Assembly: GCA_040285825.1 (NCBI GenBank)
Contig: JAUPSS010000002.1
Location: 1,984,001-2,048,000, forward strand
Length of the DNA stretch: 64,000 bases
From: Eukaryota sp. TZLM1-RC
Taxonomy: Eukaryota > Protista > Metamonada: BaSk clade
Reading direction: 5' to 3'
This document shows positions 12,243-22,329 of the stretch, piece by piece (within the stretch, counting starts at the first letter, position 1; each line of letters starts with the position of its first letter). A model generated the notes under the pieces. The model was not told the DNA's origin and searched no databases. It saw nothing but the letters and a program-made list of their open reading frames with translations. The position numbers were made by a program, and so were the translations under genes.

Positions 12243-12746
12243 ATGAACTGCTTCACTCTTGTTGCCCTCTTGGCTTTACTGCTAACTCTTGTCTATGGTG
12301 ATCCAATGTACACTTTGATCGTCAGAAATCCTAACTCTTGGTACACTTTTCACCACCAAAAGTCCAAACTGCATTATGGTACCAGTATGTTGCTGTTGAT
12401 GCAGATCTTATATCAGTCCAATGGATAGGGGGAGCCCCTGGCAACATCGGTGCTGGCAAAACAGAGTCTTACCGTTTCTCCAGCATGAATGAGTTCATCA
12501 CCCCCAAGCAAAGAACATTTGTAACAGTAACTTGGGTTACTCACAGTTTGTTTCTTCAACGTTCTAATCGCATCTATGTTTGGCAACCCTAAGGAGACCA
12601 TAGTTATGGGCATCAGAATGGACGAAAGAGGTTGGTTAACAGCCTTTGATTGTACAATAGAGGACAATAGAGGACGTACACATTTATGTAGGGTACATAG
12701 AGATGACTATGAAATCACTGTGCTTGTGGACACCTCTCAGAGATAG
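12243..12746 (+). CDS. Small putative secreted protein, interrupted by frameshifts or an intron
   Basis: Signal-peptide-like MNCFTLVALLALLLTLVYG. A T-run frameshift at ~12347-12350 joins it to FSPPKVQTALW...; a further frame reads ETIVMGIRMDERGW...VDTSQR* ending at 12746. Confidence 0.45.
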
Positions 12747-12789
12747 ATGATTTTGCTGTTGTAATAAACAAAATTTTCTTTCAAAAACC

Positions 12790-12960
12790 ACTTTAAAATG
12801 GTTCTTTCCACACATCGGCTTTTTTCGAGCCTAAACCACCATTTTTTGGATGTAGATAAGCATGATTTGGAATTTAGGGCATTTTACACCCTATCAGTTG
12901 AAACAAAACTTTAGCACGTAATTCATTAAACTTGTGGGCAACATGTCTAGAGATGAGAAA
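12790..12960 (-). mobile_element. Short fragment related to family A RT-thumb region
   Basis: Reverse strand gives KFNELRAKVL...GCKM..IPNHAYL....GGLG. Confidence 0.6.
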
Positions 12961-13217
12961 ATTAAAAGATTGAAAAAAATAGTGTTTATGCTATAATAAC
13001 CAAATCTATAATTATTTTGTTTGAATAGTCTAAATAATACATAATTTACAAACAAACAATATAGCCTGCTGAAAATCTATTGAGAATTGAGGCTAAATTT
13101 GTTTTCAGTGAAGTGAATGTGTTTTTGGTAAGTGCACTATATGGCATATGTGATACTAATAAGAACTGTTGTGAATAGCACTTTTCATCAGCTTTCACAA
13201 TTGCTCTACCTATTGTC

Positions 13218-13598
13218 ATGTCTGATAGTTCCTACCGTATAAGAGATAATTCTGAGGCTGGTATACCTATCCAACCTTTCAATCATCCTAGAAAAGAATC
13301 GATAAAATCTCATGTGAAAGCATTCCGATCCACCGTTGATTTTTGGCAAAGAAAGCATGGCTCAGATCAACCACCATGTGTTGAGCCTCACGAGCGTGAC
13401 TTAAGTGACGGTTCCCGCAAGTGGTTGGTATATACACCTTCATCAAAGGTGCTTGTGCACTTTTCTGATGGAGAGTGCCTTGTAGGAAATCCATAGACTT
13501 TCCATCAATTTCATCATGATGGTCTTGGTGAGTCTCAGTTCTTTGAACAGTCTTCTTACAAACACAGCATCAAAAAAATGGCAAGAATATGATACAAT
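13218..13598 (+). pseudogene. Unknown ORF with an in-frame stop, cut by a retroelement tail
   Basis: 92 aa ORF; the same frame stays open after the TAG at 13494-13496. Confidence 0.3.
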
Positions 13599-13604
13599 CA
13601 AGAT

Positions 13605-13893
13605 TGCTTTCCCATTTTCGACAAATGGAAGATTATCAGTTGAAGCAGAAACTTTTTTGGATGACTTCCAAAAAATGGTGCATGAAAAAACAATGAAAAG
13701 ATTTGATATTTTTTATGGCGTTCACGGATTCAATTTGCCATTATTAATAGATTACCACGGTTTTTCAATCGAATTAGAGAAGCTTTAGCTAGACAGCAAG
13801 CAGATCAAGATTTTGTAGAGGAAATCTTGGTTCAATGATAGTCGTCCCATTAGTTATGAGTTATTTTAATTAAGTGTGCATGTTCAATAAATA
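13605..13893 (+). mobile_element. Family A 3' tail
   Basis: Near-identical to 4923-5210; possible short TSD CAAGAT (13599-13604 / 13894-13899). Confidence 0.85.
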
Positions 13894-14069
13894 CAAGATA
13901 TAGAAAAACATTGAAATAAATTACAATACCAAATATGAAATCCGACCCGAAATACAAATAGTATATAAGCAATACTATACTTGTATTTGCCAGGTATGCA
14001 CCCAGTATGGCATATTTTTGAAAGTTTTAAGTCAGTTTTGCAAAAAGGATCTCCCAAAAAATTGAATTC

Positions 14070-14250
14070 TTCTTTCTGGTTAAATTGAAAAGTGTTTTGC
14101 ATCTTTAAGTCTATTCCAACAATGATTTCTAAAGCTCTTTTAGATATTGGTGTAGAATATAAGCGAAACTCTGTAAGTAGGTTTAGTAATAGTGATGCTT
14201 GTTTGGAGAATATTGAATATTAGACAGTATTTTAGATCAATCAAAATTCA
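14070..14250 (+). mobile_element. Family E 3' tail (degenerate)
   Basis: Matches ...KSIPTMISKALL..GVEY..N.VSRFSNSDACLE.IE*. Confidence 0.75.
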
Positions 14251-14629
14251 TCCAGAACAAAATTTCCTAGGTTTGCTTTTAAGGGATACATGATTAGGTT
14301 GTTTTTGGAAACATCAATCTTCTTTTTACCCGTCTTTGCAGAACACTCTCTAGATCATTTTATTGAGTTACAACACTTAATAAAATATAATCAGAAATAA
14401 TGGGACTAAATTCCATGAGCCAAGCTTACAATTGAATTTGAACACTCAACATGAACTCAACTAGGCAGTTGAATGACTCATTGCTTTTTTAAAATATTAC
14501 CAATTGTGCCAATTCCGTAGCGAAACAGTTGAAAAATTGCTTATTTACACAATTAAAAAGCACTTGAAATTATTTTGCTAATTATACATTTATTTTTACA
14601 AAAGAAAACCTAAATAATAATAATAAAAA

Positions 14630-17600
14630 CTATGAAATAACTTTTTGCTTTCGTGGGAAACACAGAGTGCAACTTTTAGAAGTCCTACCTTTGACACAAT
14701 CATGATGATATGAATGTCCACAAAGATAGGTCAAAATTCCTCCATCAAGCCCAGTTTTCAACACATTTCCACAATCAAAACACGTTTCAACTGTCGAAGA
14801 AAAGACTCCTTGCTTGATCACTGAAACTAAGTTGTTGGACATAATGGTGGAGTCTCCAGAAACAGCTCTGACAGCAGCATTAGACATTGAAGCATTAAAC
14901 GAAAGTAAATCTAGCAAATTAGAAAGCGTTCTTCTTATTAAAATTAATGGAAAATCTGGACAATTCTCAATCATTTTTCGCAAAATGGAATCAGCGCCAA
15001 CATCGACCCCAATCGATTGAGAGAGGAGATCACCTAGAATTTTACTAAATTTTGACACGTTTTCTGGTTTTATTGCCACGGTTTTCCATATCTTATGTTG
15101 TAAAAAGATAACTAAAAAGTGATCATAAAGGGGATCCGAAACTTCACCAAAAAAACTAGCAACAGATTCTTGGGCAGTAATGTTACGAAGACAAATATCA
15201 AAAGCTTCTTGGAAATAACACTTAACACGTGTCAACACGTCATTTGATTGATCTGTTTCCAATTCATTAAGTGCATTCGTCAGCTGGTCAAGTCGTAAAT
15301 CCAATGCACCACCAACATCTCCAGTTCTTTCTAGAACATAAGCCGAAACATCCACCACACCAAACTTCTCGGCAGCCTCCAAAGCCTTGTTGAGGTTAAT
15401 ACCTATCATTTGCTTTGCTTTGAGACTGAGCAATGCTCTTTCTGGTGCAAATTCACAAAGTAAAGCAATGAAAGAATCCAAAGCATCTCCAGGCAATGAA
15501 CACCGTTTATCCAAAGCATCCAAAAGTGAAAACAAAAGATAGGGCTGGGACTGAAGAGTTGGTATTATTCTTCCAATGTATTTTTGTAACCTTGCACCAG
15601 CTAAGAATGCTGTTGACGTAGGATTTAATTGTGCCAGAATTGGAATAGTTGAAACTACAGATTCTTCAAATTTCAGAAATTCTTGTTTGGTCAACGAACT
15701 TTGACTGTCATTGAACAAACATTCTACGAGATACGAAGCACCTGACAAAGATTTTGAAGGTGGATCTTGAACTGTAAAGGGTAGTAGGTTAACAGAGGCA
15801 TTTAATTTGGTTTGTATGAGCTTGAGTCCATCAACTGGGGAAGTAATTGATGAAAGAAAAACAGCTGCAGGGAACAAATCATTGTTGATTGCCATCGTGA
15901 TGAGTGATTGAAGGTCAGATAACGTGATTCTGAAAGAATTTTGGTAATCAAGCCTGAATTTCCGGGCAATTGTGGATAAAACGATTGATTTAAATGGTGA
16001 TGACATGGGAACGGAAAGTGATTGACAATCAAATGATGGCCCAGATGACGTCAAATGGGTCAAAACTCTGATTATTGGTCTTATTGGCAATGGTTTATCT
16101 TTTGATGGACAAAACACAGAATTTTTCGAAATAAAATCAATAGCAAAAAACTCTAATAAATTACACACTTCGTCAGGATAAGCACAAGAATCTAAGGACC
16201 CCAGCAAAGGAAAAACTGAACTACCAATCAAATTGTCAATCAAAACTGATAGAAACTGATTGTGGTCAACAGAAGTCCTTATTAAACCGTTCAAAATCAA
16301 GGTGAATGTGCCACTGAAGTTACAGGAGAATAACTTTCCAAAAGAAGAACGTCCAATGCTAGTAGAAACCATCCAATTAACAAAACTAAGAAGATAACTG
16401 GTCGCTATTTCAGTAGTAATGGAGTAGTTGAGAGGTGAAGGGAAAAGGTTCCAATAAATCCTAGAAATCAAGGACGTAAAGAAAGAAACTTCAGTAGAGG
16501 AGAATATTAAATCTAGTCCACGGTGAAATGCTTCACTATGGGATGAAGTGTCATCTGACAACCGATAGAGCTCACTAATGGTGCAGAAAACTGAATAATG
16601 AGCTAGTGTAAAAATTTCAGGAACGACAGAGTGATTAGCTAATTGAGAGCAAAAAGAGATCATCATGTCGAGTTGGCACTTGTCAACCTTTTTCGCTGAA
16701 TACAACAAAAAGTCCAGCACTCCTTGAATGAAAAGCGTTCCTCTATCAATCACTCCCTCCTCGTTTCCATCTTTACTTTCAGATTTAATAATATAATTCA
16801 AAATATCTTTAATCAAATTAACAGGAGGCATTGTAGAAGTTGGAATTGGACAAGGTAACGTCAACAAAAGAGATTCGATTGATTGATACCAAGATTTACG
16901 AAATTTTGATGAGAAAATGGAGAAATCCAAGGCAAACAAAGTATCAACGCAACCAAGCTTCAGAGCACCATCAATGATATAAGCCAAAACTGATAGTAAA
17001 TTACTCTTGGAACTAAATTTAATATTAGAAACTTCCTTGATGGCTCCAACAATCAAAGCAGGACTATCAAAGTCAGAAGTTACGTCCTTGTAAACGTCAT
17101 CACTCGTCATCAGAGCCAAAGCATCGTAATACATACCCAAAACCAGCATTTCCTCCGCTCTGGCTTTACTGGGTCTAAAGTGAAGTGTAGATATGGAATC
17201 TTGACCCAAAACAACAACGGAAGGTGGCACGTCATTGATGGTGTGATGAGGGTGACCATCAATCGAAATTGATTGATTGAAACTGGTTACTGTTTCCGTT
17301 TTCCTGTTAGGTCTCGATATAGGAAAAGTTTGCGCCAATACTGACAAATTAGCCAATGAAAACAATTCTTCTGCACAAATAGAAACTAATTCACTTTTAA
17401 ACTTTTTCCCCTGCAACTCCTTAAGTACAGAAGCTGAACTAGACAGTTTGACAGGGAACACAGCAAAATTCTGAGTCATTACAAGAATGTGGTTAATGGA
17501 AGGCCATGCCTGGGCTTTGAAAGTATAGGATCGATTACCTTCAGCAGGAACGATTTCCAAGGTTTGTTCAATTGCAAACCTTCCTAGTGTTTTGGGCTTA

Positions 17601-19108
17601 TCTTCATCTATCTGTTCATGTGCAATGACGGAAAGAGTTAACAAAAAGTTATTGATTGTAATTGAAATTCTGGGGATTGGATTTCGCCTAATTCCTGCTG
17701 GATTATCAGAATTAAGAGTAGAAAATGGTTCCAACGAAAGAGTCATTGCAGGAAAGTCCTCAAAATCTAAATTAAAATCAATACTCCTGAACAACTTATC
17801 CAAGGTAACGGCAGAAATAACACCAGGCTGAGGACTGAGAGCCAACAAAACCAACTGACTGCTAAACAAAAGAGCAGCGACAGCAGAGGGTCTGTGAGGA
17901 AGGATGGCAGGTGCAGAAACAACTTGAATTATCTGAGTAGGGGCAGTGGACTCATTTGGAGGAATGAGAAGTGCTAAATCTACCCCTACAGTAAGTAAAG
18001 ATTTCGTTAGGGAGATCAGAGCAACAGCTCCAGTATTCCAGGCAGCTACTACCTTGTGCACCCCATCACAGGAATCCACCACGTGAACAAAGGTTGCCGA
18101 TAGATCGGAGGTTCTGGTGGTTTTAGACTCAGCTTTGGATAGTAAATCTGCTGGTAAATCTTGGCTTGTTTTGGTAATTGAAGGAATTTCAACAGTCTTT
18201 AATAACACAGCTCCACCAATATTAAGATTGATATTACCGCCTTGCCCTCGATTGGTAATGGGAAACTCCCAAATACACACATTACCATTAGTAAACCCAG
18301 CAGCTACCAAGACTGAGAAGAGCAGGGGGTTGGGGTGGGCGGTTGAGGTGGTGTGGGTGACAGAGCAGTGGACAGAGACAATTGAGTGTGATCTGGCAAC
18401 AAACTTCCTGGAAAACTTGTAAGGTAACACCCCTGCGTAACCAAGTTTTAATGATGACGTGTCAATTTGACCTGATGAGTCAGCATCACGTGTAAGCACG
18501 ATCACTCTTCCTCCTGAAGTTCCAACCACTGAAAGGCAAAGATCTTCGTGACTTCCTATACCAATCGAGGACATGCAAGTGGGAGATCCAAATGACTCAA
18601 GAGCGGGTTGTTGGAGAAAGTCAAAGACATTGGTGAGGTTTAGCTTCCCAACAATGCTAGCTTGGGACCGTCGTTTGTCCAGATCAGGAGACACAGAAGT
18701 AACAGGGACAGGGGCTAGACGTTTGGTGAAGAAGGAGAGGAAGTCTGGCATGAATTGCGAGGTTACATTGAGGTCAAAATAGTCAATGATTCCTGTATCA
18801 AGACATTTAGATAGAGTCTTCCTGTGGTATTCATAATCCTCAGAAGGAGGAGTTTCGGGCTCAGTTGATAAAGTAGTGCGTGAGTGTGTAGGACTTAAAG
18901 GAGTTTCTGTGGGTGGTGTTGCAGGAAGTGAAGGAGGAGGAGAAGATGACTGTGGTTCAGCTGCTGTGGGTTTTGAAGGAGAGGGTACATCTGTTACATT
19001 CTCTTCCTCTGATGCATCAGATAAAAGAACATCTTGGAGAGTAGCAAAATCCACCACTGACGCTGCAGAATCTGAATCAGAGAGAAGTGAGTCAAGAGGT
19101 ACAGACAT
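14630..19108 (-). CDS. VPS8: Vps8, CORVET tethering complex subunit
   Basis: 1492 aa: N-terminal beta-propeller (FGSPTC...VVGTSGG), alpha-solenoid with YVLERTGDVGGAL, C-terminal RING CFDC...CGHSYHHDC...CTLC. Confidence 0.8.
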   Translation of the reverse strand: MSVPLDSLLSDSDSAASVVDFATLQDVLLSDASEEENVTDVPSPSKPTAAEPQSSSPPPSLPATPPTETPLSPTHSRTTLSTEPETPPSEDYEYHRKTLSKCLDTGIIDYFDLNVTSQFMPDFLSFFTKRLAPVPVTSVSPDLDKRRSQASIVGKLNLTNVFDFLQQPALESFGSPTCMSSIGIGSHEDLCLSVVGTSGGRVIVLTRDADSSGQIDTSSLKLGYAGVLPYKFSRKFVARSHSIVSVHCSVTHTTSTAHPNPLLFSVLVAAGFTNGNVCIWEFPITNRGQGGNINLNIGGAVLLKTVEIPSITKTSQDLPADLLSKAESKTTRTSDLSATFVHVVDSCDGVHKVVAAWNTGAVALISLTKSLLTVGVDLALLIPPNESTAPTQIIQVVSAPAILPHRPSAVAALLFSSQLVLLALSPQPGVISAVTLDKLFRSIDFNLDFEDFPAMTLSLEPFSTLNSDNPAGIRRNPIPRISITINNFLLTLSVIAHEQIDEDKPKTLGRFAIEQTLEIVPAEGNRSYTFKAQAWPSINHILVMTQNFAVFPVKLSSSASVLKELQGKKFKSELVSICAEELFSLANLSVLAQTFPISRPNRKTETVTSFNQSISIDGHPHHTINDVPPSVVVLGQDSISTLHFRPSKARAEEMLVLGMYYDALALMTSDDVYKDVTSDFDSPALIVGAIKEVSNIKFSSKSNLLSVLAYIIDGALKLGCVDTLFALDFSIFSSKFRKSWYQSIESLLLTLPCPIPTSTMPPVNLIKDILNYIIKSESKDGNEEGVIDRGTLFIQGVLDFLLYSAKKVDKCQLDMMISFCSQLANHSVVPEIFTLAHYSVFCTISELYRLSDDTSSHSEAFHRGLDLIFSSTEVSFFTSLISRIYWNLFPSPLNYSITTEIATSYLLSFVNWMVSTSIGRSSFGKLFSCNFSGTFTLILNGLIRTSVDHNQFLSVLIDNLIGSSVFPLLGSLDSCAYPDEVCNLLEFFAIDFISKNSVFCPSKDKPLPIRPIIRVLTHLTSSGPSFDCQSLSVPMSSPFKSIVLSTIARKFRLDYQNSFRITLSDLQSLITMAINNDLFPAAVFLSSITSPVDGLKLIQTKLNASVNLLPFTVQDPPSKSLSGASYLVECLFNDSQSSLTKQEFLKFEESVVSTIPILAQLNPTSTAFLAGARLQKYIGRIIPTLQSQPYLLFSLLDALDKRCSLPGDALDSFIALLCEFAPERALLSLKAKQMIGINLNKALEAAEKFGVVDVSAYVLERTGDVGGALDLRLDQLTNALNELETDQSNDVLTRVKCYFQEAFDICLRNITAQESVASFFGEVSDPLYDHFLVIFLQHKIWKTVAIKPENVSKFSKILGDLLSQSIGVDVGADSILRKMIENCPDFPLILIRRTLSNLLDLLSFNASMSNAAVRAVSGDSTIMSNNLVSVIKQGVFSSTVETCFDCGNVLKTGLDGGILTYLCGHSYHHDCVKGRTSKSCTLCFPRKQKVIS

Positions 19109-19138
19109 CTATTAACTGGATATTTTAATTGAAGTTTC

Positions 19139-19975
19139 TCACCTCTCGCTTTCGCTATCCCGATAATTAATCGGACTCAGTAATGTACCAGCACCTTCAG
19201 AATTCTTTCCAGCATCTTTCAGGCTTTCATCACTAATTTCAATAACAATGGTTTGAGACTGTTGTCTCTTGAACACCTCTGATCTCTCTCTTCCAGCCAA
19301 AATGTCTTCCGCCAACATCAGTGTATTTAGAGCAGAATTAATACCTCGATTCCAGTACATTTTGCATTGATTACACTGCCTCAAACCCCATGGAAGTACT
19401 TGTCGAACTTCATAGTTCCCCAGTTCATCCTTTTTCAAGAGCTTTGAAATTCTATGGTTTTTTGCCTCAATATTTCACTAAATTCATCTGTATTGATTGG
19501 CTTTGATTGTTTCCTCTTAAGATTTTTGAATTTGTTCTTGAATTTTTTGGTTTAGGTCTGAGCCGAAAAAAGTTTTCATCTTGCCAGTTCTTTGCATGTT
19601 TCCGATGTTTTAGAAAACCAAGTGAAAAATTTCGCCCACCTTGAGTAAAAGACATTGTAACAATGCATATCTTCTTTTTTGGTGGTTTTTGCTTCAGTTG
19701 ATCTTATCTTTGAAATTTTTGGTACAACAATCATCATGGTTTAATCTATTTGAATTTCCACCATGAATTTGCTACCAGTAACATCTTTAAACTAAATGTT
19801 GTTTATTATTCCATCGAGACATTACTTAAATAATTTTCTCTAATTTTGTGATATACTTTTTCCCAAACAGCTCTCTTCTTTGAATTGAATTGAGACTGAA
19901 TCTCCATCAGTAGTAATCATGTTGTCAAAGATATATGGAGGTTTTTCTTGATAGTTGAACCAATTTGGTCACCAC
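19139..19975 (-). pseudogene. Fanzor remnant, internally deleted
   Basis: YIFDNMITTDGDSVSIQFKR at ~19880-19945. C-terminal WGLRQCNQCKMYWNRGINSALN...GRERSEVFKR (RuvC-III region, catalytic D replaced by G). Confidence 0.8.
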
Positions 19976-20401
19976 TGTTTTTACTTTGTCTTGTTACAGA
20001 ATTCTTGTTGAAATTGCTTAGATTATGCTTTTTTAAAACTTGGTTTATGACGAATTAAAATCAAACTTTTAAATACAAGCTTTCCCTTCTAAAATTTAGC
20101 AAAATTTCAGGCCCCCTTTCCCAATAAGATAAATAGCATTTACTATAATTTATCGAATTAATGTGAAAATCCATCTAGAAACACTATATTAAAATATTAG
20201 GGATATTAAAATAAAATAAATTGGTTTAATCTGCGAGTGGGCTCTGATCAGAGGATGAAAACCTCAATATCCGGTGCAATTATGCACTACAAAAGGGTGA
20301 TTAAGAGATATTGGTTAAACCGATAGGTCAACTGATCCAAATTGAACTTTTCCTGTTCATCAATAAACTTCAATGTTCCAAAAATAACGACAAATTGTCA
20401 G

Positions 20402-22288
20402 TTAATTTGTAGCAAATCCTGATCTAAGGGCCTCTTTAACTGTATTAATAATAGAATAACTAGAAGCACTGATATCTATTTGATTACCCATTAAGGTGAC
20501 AGACGCTTCAACTTGGGTTAGTTTAATGCGTGTTCCATTAGGAGTTGTCGTTGTATTTTTAAGTGCATTTGACACCAGTTTCGCGTTTTCCAACAATGTC
20601 TGAAGTTTTTTGATTGACACAGAACCAATCAAAATTGATGGAGTTGCCCTTTTAGCCACATCACTACCCACATCTATTTCATTTCCCAACACCAAGGATT
20701 CACAAACATTAGAAGACTTTACATTTCCGGAAAACAAACCCACATGAGAACCCTCATCTACTTGATCCAAATGAAACGTTCCAAGGGCCTCTGCGGAGAG
20801 AGAAGCCGAATCAAAGAGTTTTGGGTTTAAGGTGAAAGAAAAGGTTTGGTATTGACCCACGGCATAACGATCTTTGAAGGCATTCACTTCATCTCTGTTT
20901 GGTAAGGTGAGGAAGTTGCCAAGAGGTCCAGCTCCAATCATTTTTGATTGACTTTTTTTGACCAAACGTTCAAAAATGCCAAGAAATTGACCTGGTCCGA
21001 ATGAATAAAGCATGGGATAATAATAATGTTGAACCTCTGAAAAAACTTCATTAGCAGCGACATCAAACTTCACAACTGTGTCGGCTTTTGCTTGAGCCTT
21101 TGGGTCTACGAAGATACCAATATATTTACCGAGTTTTTTTAATTCAAAACCATTAAATTCTGGGTCATCGAAAAGTCTACCTCCACCAAGAATGATAGAC
21201 CCCGGGGAGAACATTTCCTGGAAAACACTAGATTTAAAGGACCTTGCACAATAAACTGTTCGTTTTCTCTTTAATTGTTTTAGAAACTGACTCTTTTCCG
21301 TAACAGTAACAGGGATGATTGCTGATTTTGTAGAAAATTCCATTTTACTCTTAACCAAGATTTGATCAGGTGAATTACTAAAAGCTGCTTGTTGGTGGAC
21401 ACATGACAAGTACTGAGGAGAAGTTGCTATTAAAGGATAGATATCAGGTGCTTCCTTTCCAATAATGAAAAATTTAACTTCAGAACCAACCTTAGAATTA
21501 ATGCCGGTTAAAACAGAGAGGACAGCAGTGGTATCGGTGACGTCAGCGGAGATGAATACATTTTTGCCTGCGTCAAGGTGAGAAGTGCAACAAGTGACCA
21601 AATCATCAGTCAAATCACTGAAGTAACGTTCTAGTGAAACAGAGGGGTCGGCTAAGTGGTCAATGCTATCTGAGGTAGGCAGAGGTGGTGGGTTAGCAAA
21701 GATGAAGGAAAATGAAGAAGGAAAAGAGGCATAGAGAGGGTCGTTTTCCGGCATATCAAACACCGAAGGAAGGGGAAGAGGATGAGGGATATCAGGAGAG
21801 GAAAGAGAGGTGACAAGTAGAGCAGAATAGGTGGAATAAGAAAGAGTAAATAACGAAGAGCCTAGACCAGATCCATTGGGAAAAGGGACCGCATAAAGGG
21901 TGTCAGAAGAGCGGTTGGTGGTTGAGGAGTAGCTTAACTGTGAGAGGGGAACGCGTTCACCAAATGTTGCAACAGTTATACAGGACTGTACTCGTTTTGG
22001 AAAAGTTTTGATGATGGATTCAAGTTCACAATAGACAGGGTGTGTAAGGACTATTTGAGCAGTGAAAAAAGGATCATTGACAAGGAAAGGTAAAGCATCG
22101 GCATGTGTAGAACAGGAAATAAGAACAGCATCAACTTCACAAATTTGAATTAATGATAAGAAGCATGAGCGATCTGAAAAAGGGACACCAGGATGAAACG
22201 GTTCTAGTCCTATATCCAACAGGATCTTTGTATCTGCAACAGTGACTAAAGAACAATAGGTACCCAGAGAGGTGATTGAGATATCCAT
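20402..22288 (-). CDS. INTS9: Integrator subunit 9 (inactive MBL/beta-CASP)
   Basis: ILLDIG, VDAVLISCSTHADALPFL...FTAQIVLTHP, NGSGLGSS and SS..PHPLP parallel INTS9 motifs; lacks the HxHxDH catalytic motif. Confidence 0.7.
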   Translation of the reverse strand: MDISITSLGTYCSLVTVADTKILLDIGLEPFHPGVPFSDRSCFLSLIQICEVDAVLISCSTHADALPFLVNDPFFTAQIVLTHPVYCELESIIKTFPKRVQSCITVATFGERVPLSQLSYSSTTNRSSDTLYAVPFPNGSGLGSSLFTLSYSTYSALLVTSLSSPDIPHPLPLPSVFDMPENDPLYASFPSSFSFIFANPPPLPTSDSIDHLADPSVSLERYFSDLTDDLVTCCTSHLDAGKNVFISADVTDTTAVLSVLTGINSKVGSEVKFFIIGKEAPDIYPLIATSPQYLSCVHQQAAFSNSPDQILVKSKMEFSTKSAIIPVTVTEKSQFLKQLKRKRTVYCARSFKSSVFQEMFSPGSIILGGGRLFDDPEFNGFELKKLGKYIGIFVDPKAQAKADTVVKFDVAANEVFSEVQHYYYPMLYSFGPGQFLGIFERLVKKSQSKMIGAGPLGNFLTLPNRDEVNAFKDRYAVGQYQTFSFTLNPKLFDSASLSAEALGTFHLDQVDEGSHVGLFSGNVKSSNVCESLVLGNEIDVGSDVAKRATPSILIGSVSIKKLQTLLENAKLVSNALKNTTTTPNGTRIKLTQVEASVTLMGNQIDISASSYSIINTVKEALRSGFATN

Positions 22289-22329
22289 CGTTGAACTATT
22301 AGATTTTTTTATGATTAATTTTATGTGGA

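Noticed and set aside
14814-19115. Short ORFs antisense to Vps8 and other long genes
   Set aside because: Shadow ORFs with no recognisable motifs.
20240-20270. Hammerhead ribozyme or U1 snRNA
   Set aside because: CUGAUCA does not match the CUGANGA...GAAA core arrangement, and there is no ACUUACC 5' motif.
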